A stretch of DNA of 63,352 nt, filler included, from Octopus bimaculoides (taxonomy: Eukaryota): NCBI RefSeq assembly GCF_001194135.2. It is 6 parts of 5 records of this genome, joined end to end, with 100 filler letters (N's around TTAATTAATTAA, not from the genome) between each part and the next. Parts side by side here need not be neighbours in the genome. Positions count along the whole stretch, not along the records: positions 1 to 15,380 come from NC_068991.1; positions 15,481 to 33,366 come from NC_068982.1; 4 more parts are not named here. One strand, given 5' to 3'. The notes beneath the pieces were generated by a model. It ran no database searches and had not been told where the DNA came from. It saw nothing but the letters and a program-made list of their open reading frames with translations. The position numbers and the translations under genes were made by a program. Shown in pieces: positions 14,284 through 27,950 of the stretch (positions are counted from its first letter, which is position 1; every line of letters begins with the position of its first letter).

Positions 14284-15160
14284 GTTCTATATTTAAGAGA
14301 TGAGGGATTATGTACATTATTTACATTTGGCGGATATTTGTCCTCATCTTGTTTCTTGTTAACACAACGTTTCATCATGATGGAGGCTGGAGGGTATATC
14401 AGCCGAAACGCATGTCTATAATATGCATATGAGTCCGTGTATAATTATAAATATTATATTTCCGCCGCGGCATTTTATTAGTGTCCTACATCTACATACG
14501 TGAACGATGACTAATGCATTACATATAATCACAACAATTATGCTCAAGTCATTGCATACTGCTGTAACAAATTGACAATGCAGTCAGCATATCTCGAAAG
14601 CGTATCTTCACGCAAACATACACATACGCAAACCATTCACACATACACAGATATAGTTGTGGGCGTGTAAAATTATACATACATATCCATAGAGACTGAC
14701 TGATAGAGACGATAGAGACGATAGAGACTGATAGAGACGACCCATATATATATATATGTCATATTATACTGTATAACATACATATCATATATATCAATAT
14801 ATATACATTCATACACTCTTACATGTACAGAAACACACATACACGTATGTATGTATGCATATGTAAGAAGTTCTATAAAAGTAGAACTAGACAAATTGAT
14901 TGCTTTACCTATATTCAGTCATGCAGTGTGTGTGTGTGTGTCTTTCTGTGAGTGTTGTGTTTGTATGTTTACTGAGAGTGTATTTGTATGTTTATGGCAA
15001 TAGATTCAAGGATAACAAAGAGAAAGTGTTAAATATATTTAGAAATACGACGATAGATGGTTTGAGCAAATAATATCTGTTGAGAAGCCATAGAGCAGGT
15101 GACTGAAATTTCTGTTGGGAAGGGAGACAGCAATTATCAGACGCTGAACCTAAATATGTA

Positions 15161-15207
<47 letters not shown>

Positions 15208-15380
15208 GCATATGTAGATATACGCATACATATATATACATACATATATACATATATATACATTCATATACATATATATATACATATATATACATTCATA
15301 TACATATATATATACATATATATACATTCATATACATGTATATATACATATATATACATTCATATACATATATATATACA

Positions 15381-15480
15381 NNNNNNNNNNNNNNNNNNNN
15401 NNNNNNNNNNNNNNNNNNNNNNNNTTAATTAATTAANNNNNNNNNNNNNNNNNNNNNNNNNNNNNNNNNNNNNNNNNNNN
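15381..15480. other. Artificial scaffold spacer (44 N + TTAATTAATTAA + 44 N)
   Basis: Identical 100-nt layout occurs five times; the 12-mer puts stops in all six frames. Confidence 0.95.
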
Positions 15481-15574
15481 AGTTTTAAGTCTGGTATTTT
15501 ATAGATTTCTTTTGGCGAGGATGTAAACAAACCAAAACCGGTTGTGAAGTAGTGTTGCGTACAGATACAACACA

Positions 15575-15920
15575 AACACACCGGGTAAATTGGCGCCATT
15601 TTATAATTTTCATTTCGTGCATTGTTTTTGATTTTGTCGACTACACAGTATAGTAGGGTCAGACTGCAATACCCTTGATTATTATGTGTGGGGTGCAGTT
15701 GAGCGAGAGACCAACGACATTCCTTGTTACACCAAAAATGAACTGAAGGCAAGGATTATGGCAGCATTCACCAACTTAAACAAGGAGACCGTCCAGAAGA
15801 GTTGCAGGAGATTCGAGAGTTGTCTTGAAGCCGTGATTGAAAGCAATGGCGATTTTATCGAATAAAGTTAGTGTTATCTTCATTTTTGCGTAATTTAGAT
15901 GGCAATTTATTCACCGCACC

Positions 15921-15925
<5 letters not shown>
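15575..15925 (+). mobile_element. Internally deleted maT-like (Tc1/mariner) element: transposase C-terminus and 3' TIR
   Basis: 15659-15865 reads SDCNTLDYYVWGAVERETNDIPCYTKNELKARIMAAFTNLNKETVQKSCRRFESCLEAVIESNGDFIE* (SPDxNPLDYxxW motif and GxxxE* end); terminus ...TTCACCGCACCCTG followed by TA at 15924-15925. Confidence 0.8.
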
Positions 15926-15960
<35 letters not shown>

Positions 15961-16883
15961 NNNNNNNNNNNNNNNNNNNNNNNNNNNNNNNNNNNNNNNN
16001 NNNNNNNNNNNNNNNNNNNNNNNNNNNNNNNNNNNNNNNNNNNNNNNNNNNNNNNNNNNNNNNNNNNNNNNNNNNNNNNNNNNNNNNNNNNNNNNNNNNN
16101 NNNNNNNNNNNNNNNNNNNNNNNNNNNNNNNNNNNNNNNNNNNNNNNNNNNNNNNNNNNNNNNNNNNNNNNNNNNNNNNNNNNNNNNNNNNNNNNNNNNN
16201 NNNNNNNNNNNNNNNNNNNNNNNNNNNNNNNNNNNNNNNNNNNNNNNNNNNNNNNNNNNNNNNNNNNNNNNNNNNNNNNNNNNNNNNNNNNNNNNNNNNN
16301 NNNNNNNNNNNNNNNNNNNNNNNNNNNNNNNNNNNNNNNNNNNNNNNNNNNNNNNNNNNNNNNNNNNNNNNNNNNNNNNNNNNNNNNNNNNNNNNNNNNN
16401 NNNNNNNNNNNNNNNNNNNNNNNNNNNNNNNNNNNNNNNNNNNNNNNNNNNNNNNNNNNNNNNNNNNNNNNNNNNNNNNNNNNNNNNNNNNNNNNNNNNN
16501 NNNNNNNNNNNNNNNNNNNNNNNNNNNNNNNNNNNNNNNNNNNNNNNNNNNNNNNNNNNNNNNNNNNNNNNNNNNNNNNNNNNNNNNNNNNNNNNNNNNN
16601 NNNNNNNNNNNNNNNNNNNNNNNNNNNNNNNNNNNNNNNNNNNNNNNNNNNNNNNNNNNNNNNNNNNNNNNNNNNNNNNNNNNNNNNNNNNNNNNNNNNN
16701 NNNNNNNNNNNNNNNNNNNNNNNNNNNNNNNNNNNNNNNNNNNNNNNNNNNNNNNNNNNNNNNNNNNNNNNNNNNNNNNNNNNNNNNNNNNNNNNNNNNN
16801 NNNNNNNNNNNNNNNNNNNNNNNNNNNNNNNNNNNNNNNNNNNNNNNNNNNNNNNNNNNNNNNNNNNNNNNNNNNNNNNNNNN

Positions 16884-16920
<37 letters not shown>

Positions 16921-17511
16921 TATATACATATATCACTTAATCCAAATCAATCATAATAAGTTTAACTCCTATCTGAACATACGCAAATGTTTTGTATATA
17001 TGTACACAAACAGTATTAATTAAAAGATTAAATTCTAACAAAGCCACATAAATCATAACAGCTAACTGTATAAATGCATCGATGGATGATTAAATAATAA
17101 CGCATTGTTCTCTATGTCTTACTGTTTGATCACAATTTAACACCGAACCATTAATCATTTATATTGAAATCAATCTGTCACCATATCTTTTCCATATGTT
17201 CGTATTCTTGTTATAATAGCTGACATAATTACAGTTTTACATTTCCTCGCTCACCCTCGAAAATATGAACCGTCACTTTGCTTAAACATTTGTTACTTTG
17301 AAAGCATAAGTTAATCTTTCAACTTGCTGCAACATAGGAAAATGTTTACAAAAAATACCCACTTCCTATATATTATTAAGTGTACGAACAACTGAAGAAT
17401 AAGAATGAGTCAACGTTAAATTAAAGGAGATATTATCGGGTAAATATTTGTGAAACCTGCACAAATATACAATCTTACACACACGCACACACACACACAC
17501 ATACACACACA

Positions 17512-17549
<38 letters not shown>

Positions 17550-17693
17550 AACAAACAAACAGACAAACACATACGTAAGTGGAAATGACATGGAGTATTT
17601 ACTAGTGAAATGTCACCAAATAATAACAAAGTTTAACGTGATCCGACCTGTAGACAAAATTCAAGTTCGCAGATTTTGCCTTACTATAAAACA

Positions 17694-17726
<33 letters not shown>

Positions 17727-18195
17727 CGCGCGCGCGTGTCTGTGTGTGTCTCTCTGTCTCCATATATGTAGTATATATGTGTGTGTGTGTGTGTCTCTAT
17801 ATATATAGATGTGTGTGTGTCTGTATATATGTGGCATATGTTTTTTTTTTGTAATTGTGTATGTGCATTACAACGCAATGATGGTGAGAATTTCCATACT
17901 TCACAATCTTCTCGCCCGTTTATTTATGTCTCACTGGAGGATCATAAGTCTTTGACTGTTAAATGTTAGGAAATTTCCCACAGGATTTTGATCACCAGGC
18001 CAATCGAGAAATTGCTAAATTTCTCCAGTTTATTTCTTCAATACTTTTGTTTTAACAGATTTTGGGAGGGATAAATTCTTTCTTCTGAAGTAGTGTTTCT
18101 CAACCATTTTTTTACCTATGGATCCCTTTGATCCCTCTTTTACTTTACTGGACTCTCTTAGCCATTGAATGTTTAAAAAAAATCCTGTTATCCCA

Positions 18196-18490
18196 CTACT
18201 ATAGCCTCGGACCGACCAAAGCCTTGTGAGTAGATTTGGTAGACGGAAACAGAAAAAAACCCATCGTATATATGTATATAATGTATATGTTTGTGTGTCT
18301 GTGTTTGTCCCCCACCATCGCTTGACAACCAATGTTGGTGTGTTTACATCCTCGTAACTTAGCGGTCCGGTAAAAGAGACCGATAGAATAAGTACAAGAC
18401 TTACAAAGAATAAGTCCTGGGGTCGACTTGTTCGACTAAAAGCAGTACTCCAGCATGGCTGCAGTCAAATGACTGAAACTAATAAAAGAA
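18196..18490 (+). mobile_element. SINE family A, 5'-truncated
   Basis: CTACTATAGCCTCGGACCGACCAAAGCCTTGTGAGTAGATTTGGTAGACGGAAAC...GATAGAATAAGTAC...CTCCAGCATGGCTGCAGTCAAATGACTGAAAC; multiple copies in the window. Confidence 0.85.
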
Positions 18491-18551
18491 TTATATTAGA
18501 AAATTACTATTTTTAAAGCTCACAACGAGAGACATTCAGCAACAATACTTT

Positions 18552-18833
18552 GGAGTAAAAATTGTTTGCCAACATAACATGGCAGTCCTGGTTTAGGACA
18601 AATGTTGCTGTAATTTAGCCCCAGCAGACATCGTCTTCAGCTGGCTATACGACACGATCTGTGTCCTTATATTTTCGAACAAGGGAATCTAGATTGTTTT
18701 CTTTGTTCGAAAATATACGGATACAGATCGTGTTGTATAGCCAGCTGGAGACGATGTCTGCTGGGGCTAAATTACAGCAACATTCGTCCTAAACCAGGAC
18801 TGCCATGTTATGTTGGCAAACAATCTTTACCCC
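18552..18833. repeat. Long inverted repeat (133-bp arms, 16-nt spacer); foldback or palindromic MITE-like
   Basis: 18552-18684 is the reverse complement of 18701-18833 with 8 mismatches in a manual alignment. Confidence 0.95.
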
Positions 18834-18974
18834 GAAAGAATTATATTTTTATAATTAAATATTATTAAGAATTAAAAGAAAAATTAAAATATTTTTTTTG
18901 CAGAATATAGGTAAATTATTGCAGATTAATTTGAACAATAAAATCTTATATTGACCCTCAAGGGCCACATGGAT

Positions 18975-19750
18975 CCCCATATGAGAACGGGTGGTGTACA
19001 TTGAGAACGACTACTCTACTGTATCCAAATTTCTTTGAATCCTTTATAATATCCCCTCATGTTATTCTTATCTGCAGCTCATTGACAGCGGACAGCATGC
19101 TTTTTGTTGCTTCCATTTTGACGTCTGTATTCTTGTTTTTGACGGGAGTTTGAATGTATGTGTTAGCAGTCATGCTCCACTTAATGCTTTGCGGCTCAGT
19201 CAGATTTTGGTAGCCTCGATTTCATTTTTTGTACCAGCAATTTTTAAAATTTAGTATTATTAGAGTTAAACCAATCATGGTATTTCTAGTCAGGTTCTTC
19301 AATAGCGGTTGAAGCCTCGTCTTAACTTGAAGGTATAACTAATCTTTATCAGTCATAAGACCTTCCTGTACATCCCATTGGTCTTGTGGGAGTATTCCTC
19401 CTTTGTTCTTATTTTATCTTACGACTAGTTGAAAGAAGTTTTTTATGTCTTGTTTGGCAAGCTTCTGTCAGATGTATTTTTAGCGAATATCGACATTTAA
19501 TAATGAGATCTTAGACCTTAACAAGAAATAAACAGTGCTTCCTTTTTGCAGCACAAACTACTTTGGTGATATGGATACACATTTTGTCCTGTTATTTAAT
19601 TACAAAAATTAATACGTCCGTTTTTGGAATAAGAGTATATCCAATTTATAGTGTTCCAATTTTCTGTTTGAACATTATATTTGTCACTTTTTGCACTCAT
19701 TACATACATGCAGTAGAGGCACCCCGTTGGAGCTGTAGCCATCAACGCTG
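18975..19750 (-). mobile_element. Heavily degraded RTE-BovB-type LINE (endonuclease/linker pieces)
   Basis: Minus-strand pieces RKLEHYKLDILL, KYHDWFNSNN and ADKNNMRGYYKGFKEIW resemble the BovB-type RELxRYxIDI, KHQDWFDEND and AADxNNMRxFYxxxKxIY segments; many stops and deletions. Confidence 0.55.
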
Positions 19751-20387
19751 TTTTCTTATAAGCTACGGACAAGTCTATAAAGGTTTTCCTTATCCTGGCA
19801 TTGCGGTTCTTCATTGATAGTAGTTTATGTATGAGAGGACTGTCGATAATCTATGTGGTTGTTTGGCATGGAATATTTCCTTTCTTTTAATGGGGGTTCT
19901 CATATTCGGAACATTCATAGTAATTATTGTAGAACTGAAATTTCTTGTCAATTCTATCTCATTGCTATTACCCTGTCGCTTACGCACCAAGATATTTCTA
20001 TGATATTTAGCAGCACGTTCTACTTTCTAACGAATCTAAAGCCTGATTCTCTGCGTTCCGAACCAAGTTCGAAACTCAGGAAGAACTTGTATTGCATATC
20101 GTTGCGATTACTAGAGTTAGAAAATAGGGTTTTCGCAGTAACAGTAACTCTCTATCATGCTTCATTATAATGGATTACGTGTTTTCGGGATCTTTGCCAC
20201 ATCATGTTCAAGCCGTGTCCAGACATTCTCCACAGGTTTTCCGGCAGCCAAGAGAGGTTTATTCAAAGGTCATATTTTTATAGCGAGACTCAACATATGG
20301 TTATTAAACATACTAGTAGAAAACAGTCTCGGGTGGTTGTCTGAAGGGATATTTGTGTGTGTGTATGTGTGTGTGTGNNNNNNNNNN

Positions 20388-20445
<58 letters not shown>

Positions 20446-20867
20446 AGTATGTGTGTGTGTGCGTGCCTGTGCGCGATGGATGTGTGTAACAGAGGTACAA
20501 ACATATGAATGCGTGGGATTATCTGAGTGTGTATGTATTTGAAATTAAAATGCAAATACGGAAGGATTTGCTATAATCTAAAAATCTATTTTGTCTTAAG
20601 AGTTCATTAGGAGTGTGTTAAAAACCCGTACTCAGAGGGAGCTACATTAGATTGTATTAAAAGATTTTATTAAATAAATTCAATTACCATAGCTGAAGTG
20701 TATTTCAAAGTGAGGAATTGAACGACTAGTTTTGCCTTAAAATTTACTTAGGTTGCATTATACATCGTAAATGTTCGTAAATATGCGACATTTTCCATTG
20801 TGTCTTTCTTTAATTCAAGATGGTTGAGGATGAGTTATCAGTTTTGTTAAAATCATCTGGCACTAGT

Positions 20868-20904
<37 letters not shown>

Positions 20905-21490
20905 TCTTTCTCTCCATCTGTCTCTTTTCCTTTATCTCCCTCCTATCTTACATATTGTATATCGTAGCAATATACATAGTAATTCCAAACCATGCTGTGT
21001 TGGCACGTTTCTTATTAAATCCTGGCCATCAACTGTGCGCTGTTAGGGAAAATAGTTTACACCAGATCTACATTTAATCATGTTTCTCAAACGATGAAAT
21101 ATTCTACATTACTTCTAAAGCTGAAGAGCTAGGCCAGCAACACAAAAGTGAATTTTAAGACAAAACTAATCGTCCAATTCCTCACTTTGAAATACACTAC
21201 AAATAGAGTGAGTGAATTTATTAATAAAATATATTAATACAATTTTATATAACTTAGAGTATAAGTTTTTTTTTAACATACTCCTAATAAACTCTTAAGA
21301 CATAAAATATATTCTTAAATTGCAGCAAATACTTTCTATATCTATTTTTTTAAAGTTCAATCATATTTTTGTAGTTAAGAATATTTTTTCTATTGATGCA
21401 CTGGATCGAAAGAAAAGGAAATACTTTTAAATAATTATCACGCTTTTTGTCTTCACGTATTAATTAAATCACCATTATAATTATCGAGTT

Positions 21491-21704
21491 AAGGCGGTGA
21501 GCTGGCAGAATCGTTAGCACACCAGGCGAAATGCTTAGCGGTATTTCGTCTGTCTTTACGTTCTGAGTTCAAATTCCACCGAGGTTGACTTTGCCTTTCA
21601 TCCTTTCGGGATCGATAAATTAAATACCAGTTGCATAGTGGGGTTGATCTAATCGATTATCCTCCTCCCCCAGAATTTCGGGCCTTGTGTCTAGAGTAGA
21701 AAAG
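21491..21704 (+). mobile_element. Full-length tRNA-derived SINE family B with 17-bp TSD
   Basis: A box (GAGCTGGCAGAATCG), B-box-like GAGTTCAAATTCC, central GTTGACTTTGCCTTTCATCCTTTCGGGATCGATAAATTAAATACC (recalled as Meta/MESC-like, unverified); TSD ATTATAATTATCGAGTT at 21474-21490 and 21705-21721. Confidence 0.9.
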
Positions 21705-21929
21705 ATTATAATTATCGAGTTTCTTAAATGAAAATTAAATAACAACGTGTCGATATTCTATACATAACGTTCTATAAATAGTTAAGCATTAATTGAATTT
21801 ATCCATTCAAACTATAATTAACTCTCATAAGTAAAAATAGCTGTGCCGATTGCCCGGCTAGGGTCGTTCCTTTGACGAGTTTGGAAAGTTATAAAGAAAC
21901 TTTTTTTTTTTTAACTAGAGATAGAATAA

Positions 21930-22620
21930 GTTTTGAAAAAATCTGAGAAAGGAAGTGAGTTTGGGATGTTATCGAATCTAATTGAAAAAGTGCTGCCGAA
22001 GGTCATGGCTGCATCTTAATACACAGAAGTGGAACAGTTGTTTGGAACGTTGAGTTGTTTTAGAGATGGTAGAAAACTTAGAGAAAGGAAGCGATACTAT
22101 CTTGGTCATAATTTTATCCACTAACACCGAATATCTAATTGCAATTTGAGCTAAATTAAAAGTTCATGATACTATATCCAATTTCTAAAATGTTATTGAA
22201 TCTGTTTAGTTTTGTTTATATTTTCAGGTGAAATAAACTTTAGATTTGTTTTGCGCCACAAGAACCTGCATGAGCTACTCGGAAATGTAAGTTCTTCTCA
22301 ATCTATCACCATGTTGGATAATTTCTGTATCATCAGCATACATTTCAAGGTCACAAGCATTTGAAATCTTAGCCTGTAGGTTTCACCTGAGTGGGGCAGC
22401 GAGGACTGAGTTAGTCTTCACGTGCAAAAAGCTTCCATCTGCGGTCTCTTAACCACAGGTCTTCGAGTTGGTTTCAGCTGCCATACCTATTTCTCTGATG
22501 GTTTTCTTCAGCTGTCTGCAACCCAGGCTTATCTTATGCAGGAAACAGCGTACATATCCAACCAGAAAAGCGTGGTGGTTAATTTCAATCGTCAGGAATG
22601 AGATCGCATGCCATTCTTAA
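21930..22620 (-). mobile_element. Degraded CR1-clade LINE RT and C-terminal region
   Basis: Minus strand: NGMRSHS*RLKLTTT (QHGFR-like), QLEDLWLRDRR, NACDLEMYADDTEI (YADD), WRKTNLKFISPE and CSHDLRQHFFN, in CR1 order; frameshifted. Confidence 0.65.
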
Positions 22621-22754
22621 GAGGGATTTCAAAGCACTGCAGAATATTCTAATTCTTATCTAACAAAGGTCTTACACATATGGAGCATAAAGAATGTCTC
22701 TATTTACAAATAAATTATCATTAAACCCCTTACTGAATTAGATATTACCCGACA

Positions 22755-22819
<65 letters not shown>

Positions 22820-24285
22820 CAACTCATTAGAAGCAGAAATGTGCATTTTACATGGCAGGGAATGGGATTAGGATGTAGTTCATAATGTTTGTGAATATTA
22901 CCACAAATTAGATGTAAATGTATTTGTATATAAATAATTTGTGTTGAACAGAATTTGCTTATTGATTTAAAGTTTCTAAACCATATTTAATTATTTATAG
23001 TAATTTGGATATTAAAAATATATAATCTTTCATCTTCAGCATTTAATTCTAATGAGGATGGTTTCAATATGGGAATCAAAGCATTATAGAAATGACAATA
23101 GAATGGAGCTCAAAGTATGTGTATGTGTGACACCATTCTCAACCAAAAGATTTAGCCAAAAATGTTCAATATGAACAAATTGAGTCCTAAGAGATCAATG
23201 GTCATCTGCTCAATCGATTATTTGCGTATTTGTGTAATGAAAGATTGCACTTTTTAAAGAGAAATTTTTTTTAAAATCAAAAGCCTTTGCCATATCTATA
23301 TAAAGTATTATTATTATGGTTATTATCGATTTCTTTTGTCCAAATACCAAGACATGAAAGCAGTCGAGTGATGGGGGAACGAATTAGTAGGAAGTTATGT
23401 TGATTAATTGATAAAAATTTGTTTTGTGTTAAATGATTTAAAACGTTTTCCCTAATAATAGATTATAGAGATTTACTACATGTATTTAATTAAATAATTG
23501 GTCTATAGTGTTTTGTTATATCTGAAGCAACAATTTTTTTTTTTTGTATATAGGAAATATTTTGGCAATTTTCCAATTAGAAGAGTAAGTGTGAGTTGTA
23601 AAGAGCAAAGACTACATGGATAAATGCTTTCGACGAATTCAGATGCGAATCTTTTAACGAAGTTTTATGGGATGCCGTTGGGACGAAAAGATGATTTAGA
23701 GGTTAGCGATTTTATATAATCATATAAAATAAGGTTCAAAAAGGCAATTCACTTTCTATAGCACAGTTTTGAATATTTAAAATTTTAATAATTCAGTTAT
23801 CTCTAGAAAATATCGGAGAAAAATATTTATTAAATAAAATTGTTTCATCAAAATTATAAAGGATTATCAAATTATTACGCTAGTGGAATATCAGATTAGA
23901 GTTTTAGTCAAGAATTTGCATAATGGTAAGAATTTTCCATGTCTTTAGCCAGTTCGGTTTTTTTTTTTTTTTTTTTTNNNNNNNNNNNNNNNNNNNNNNN
24001 NNNNNNNNNNNNNNNNNNNNNNNNNNNNNNNNNNNNNNNNNNNNNNNNNNNNNNNNNNNNNNNNNNNNNNNNNNNNNNNNNNNNNNNNNNNNNNNNNNNN
24101 NNNNNNNNNNNNNNNNNNNNNNNNNNNNNNNNNNNNNNNNNNNNNNNNNNNNNNNNNNNNNNNNNNNNNNNNNNNNNNNNNNNNNNNNNNNNNNNNNNNN
24201 NNNNNNNNNNNNNNNNNNNNNNNNNNNNNNNNNNNNNNNNNNNNNNNNNNNNNNNNNNNNNNNNNNNNNNNNNNNNNNNNNNNNN

Positions 24286-24830
24286 AAGTACCTGTTAAGC
24301 ACAGGGGTTGATGTAATCGTCTTACCTCTCCCCCGGAATTGCTGGCCTTGTGCCAAAATTTGAAACCGTTATTATTGTTATTATAATAATAATAATAATA
24401 ATTATTATTATTATTATTATTCCGAGGTCAACTATGCCTTTTATCCTTTCGGGGTCGATAAATTAAGTACCTGTTGAACACTGGGGTCGATGTAATCGAC
24501 TAGTTGCCTCCCACAAATTTTCAGGCCGTGTGCCTATAATAGAAAGAATTATTATTAGGGCGATGAGCTGGCAGAATCGTTAGTACGCCGGGCGAAATAC
24601 TCAAAGGCATTTAGGCCGTTTTTACGTTTTTGGATTTAAACTCTGCCGTAGTCTACTTCACCTTTCCTTCTTTCGGGGTCGATAAACTAAGTCAAGATGA
24701 GCATTGGGGTCATTGCAATCGACTTATCTCACCCTCAAAAATTTCAGGTTTTGTGATCATATTCGAAAGAATTATTTAAAGGCAGCGAGGTGGCAGAACC
24801 GTTAGCATGCCGGGCAAATCATTATTCTGT
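24286..24830 (+). mobile_element. Cluster of 3-4 SINE family B copies/fragments
   Basis: Repeated CCTTTCGGGGTCGATAAA...GGGGTCGATGTAATCG centres and GAGCTGGCAGAATCGTTAG heads, separated by (TAA/TTA)n. Confidence 0.85.
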
Positions 24831-25879
24831 GATGGGGTCGCTGAGCCATAAAAAGTTAAGCGTTACAGTCCTCGAAGTAAATACAATATCTTACTGTGCT
24901 TATCTTCTACTACTGTCATTGAAACTTTGGTGTATGTCTTCATAGGTAAACTCAATCACAGCCAAACTATTATTCTTCGTTTCTATTTTTCCGCAAAGCG
25001 AACGCAATGAAACAGATTCGGTACGTAATCTTTTATTCATTTATTTATTTACTTATTTATTTACGTTTTATCGGTTGGGGTGAAGATGAGGTTTTTGAAG
25101 GTTTGGAGTTGAGATCGGAGTTGGTAGTAGTTGGTGGTCGGGCTGGGGTTAACATTTGATGGAAGATCCTAATTAGATCTGTATGTCATATTATATGACA
25201 TCGGTCAGCGTCCCTATAGCAGCAGTATTTATACAACAATAGCGACTGTCTTTCTTATAATATCGATTAAGTCTTGTTTCATATTTTGACAGACCTACAC
25301 CGACACCACCACCTCCACCATATCGCCACCATATCGCTACCATGTTGATCATCACCATCATCAACATTACATGTGTCACAGCAACTTCCTTCGTTCTGAT
25401 ATATTGTATAATATAATATGCTTGTGTACATGTTTGATTGTCTCTTTGTATGTGGTTATGTTCTCAAGTATTTGGTTTCAGCTCTTCATTGATATATTCA
25501 TGTAAAGAAACGTGAGAAACTCTGTTCCTTGATAGAAAGCTGGTATGTCATATTTAAATAGTAAGGCCGGACAGAAATCCCTTAGAGCATTCTATTCTAG
25601 CTTCGATCAATTTTGATGTCCAAACTGAAAGTAGCTGTCGTTTATGTATGACTAAAAGGTCTCAACCTCGTCTTCGTTCTTTCTTATCTCCTCTCCTTGT
25701 GCACCACATAGCGAAATCTGAGTTTATACATATAGACATGTATACGTGCAGACATGCGCATACGTACACACAATCACGCAAACATATACATTTACAAATT
25801 ATGTATATATACATATATGATATTGTTGTATTGCATAATTATATAATAGTTATAAATATGCACATACATACATACACAC

Positions 25880-25933
<54 letters not shown>

Positions 25934-26075
25934 ATATATATATTAGGTATACATACATAAGCATGTATAATATATATATGTTAGTTATATATACATTAGC
26001 ATGTATAATATATATATATGTTAGCTATACATGTATATATATATGTATTAGTTATACATACATATGCATGTATAT

Positions 26076-26130
<55 letters not shown>

Positions 26131-26366
26131 TACACACACGGACATACACATACACGCATACACACACGAGCATACACATACACACACGGACATACACACA
26201 CGAACACATGCGGGTTTGTGTGTAAGAGTTCTGTGTTCTGTAGCTCTTGTATGCTTATAAATGCATAAAAGTATGCGTGATTATAACAGCTTGAAAGCAA
26301 ATATCTAACAATTATACACTTACCGCTATAAACACTTACATACACGAAAATACATTTATACATACA

Positions 26367-26399
<33 letters not shown>

Positions 26400-26579
26400 G
26401 TTTGTGTTTATGTATGTGAGTGCGTGCGTGCGTGCGTGCGTGTATGTGCGTGCGTGTATGTGTGTGTGTGTGTGTGTGTGTATGTGTGGGTGTGTGTGTG
26501 TGTGTGTGCATAGAAACAGAAGTCGGGGGATTATTTTGCTACATGAAGTCCGATTACTATTTGTTTCGGCAATTGCAGT

Positions 26580-26650
26580 AGATCTTCATCACCGTTGCGA
26601 TTCTCCTCCTCGCCATCTCCCTCCTCCTTATCATCATTACCGTCGTCTAG

Positions 26651-26681
<31 letters not shown>

Positions 26682-27070
26682 AATCATCATCATCATGGTC
26701 ACCGACACCACCCAGCACTGTCACTATCCCTATCGTCGTAATCGTTTGTCGTCGTCATCGTTATCGACACCGCCATCATCATCATCATCATCATCATCAA
26801 AGAGTAATGCCTCTGACCTTTAGCCATTACAGCTGCTACTTGACCCTCCTTCAGCGGCCGAAATTCCTTCCTGGAAACCACAACCACCACTACAATTACA
26901 GCCAGTTCATCATCGTCATCGTCATCATCATATATGTCTTTCACCATTGTCACGTTAACAGTCACCCCACCACCACCAAGACCACGACTTCTACCATCAA
27001 TATTACCGCCATGATGAAGACGATCTCCACCACCGCCATCATCATCTGCATGATGAAACCACCACCACCA
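26580..27070. repeat. Cryptic trinucleotide low-complexity tract ((CAT)n/(CAC)n/(CGT)n)
   Basis: Interrupted CAT/CAC/CGT runs; translations are homopolymeric. A similar tract lies at 28860-29040. Confidence 0.85.
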
Positions 27071-27509
27071 CCAAAAGAGCCGGATCAAATGCTACAAAAT
27101 ATTGTTCCAACGCAATAACAGTTCAGTTAGCCCATCATCTCACTGCCCTATAATATATAATAAGATCAAAATGTAACCAACCAGCGACAGATATAATTCA
27201 TAAAAACAAAGAAAACTGTTGAAATGCATATTAAACATCAATAATAGCAGATTATTTGTTTTATACACACACGCACACATCTGGGGTTTTTTTTGTTTAG
27301 TTTTTCTTTTACTTGTGGTTGTCGTAATGAGGATTGCCTTTAAATTTATAATTATTAATAAAAAAAAATTAAAACAACTAATTGCCAAAACGAGAAATAC
27401 TGAGGTTAATTGTACGTCAATGTTTGTCTTTTAGAGAGGTAGGGTGGAATAAGAAAAAAGAAAGAAAATCAACAGAGAATAACAAAAATAATATTGGTTT
27501 CAAATTTTG

Positions 27510-27950
27510 GCACAACGCCAGAATGTTCGGGGAGGGGGTAAATCGATTACATCGACCCCAGTCTTCAACCGGTACTTATTTTATCAACCCCGAAAGGATG
27601 AAAGGTAAAGTCAACCTCGGCGGAATTTGAACTCAGAACATGAAGACAGAAGAAATGCGTTAAGCATTTTGCCCGGCGTCCTAACAATTCTGCCAGCTCG
27701 CGGCTCATAATAGCAAAAATAACAATCCTTTCTACTAAAGGCACAAGGTCTGAAATTTTTTGGTGGGGGGCGGGGTGGCTAGTCGATTACATTGTTCCCG
27801 GTGCGTAACCGGTACTTATTTCATTGACTCCGAAAAGATGTACGGCAAAGTCGACCACGGCAGAATTTGAACTCACAACGTAAAGACGGACGAAATGCCA
27901 CTACGTTCTTTGTCCGGGGTGCCAACTATTTTGCTGGTTCATCGTCTTTA
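27510..27950 (-). mobile_element. Two SINE family B copies
   Basis: Reverse complement of the family B consensus twice (TCGACCCCAG...GAAAGGATGAAAGGTAAAGTCAACCTCGGCGGAATTTGAACTC). Confidence 0.85.

Noticed and set aside
15425-15436. Recurrent TTAATTAATTAA as a regulatory or targeting motif
   Set aside because: It is always centred in an identical N block, so it is an assembly linker.
15871-17023. Long ORFs across gaps (also 3805-4627, 8549-9186, 50999-52088, 54387-55009, 62466-63329)
   Set aside because: Length comes from N runs and (TA)n/(CA)n microsatellites; 62466-63329 is antisense to the retrotransposon pol.
24997-25022. Putative 22-nt microexon after a polypyrimidine tract
   Set aside because: It is too short to evaluate and has no partner exons.
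25648-26268. 206-aa ORF rich in YI/HT repeats
   Set aside because: It is a translation of compound dinucleotide microsatellite.
26699-27118. Poly-D/M/H/T ORFs
   Set aside because: These come from cryptic trinucleotide low-complexity DNA with no domain-like content.
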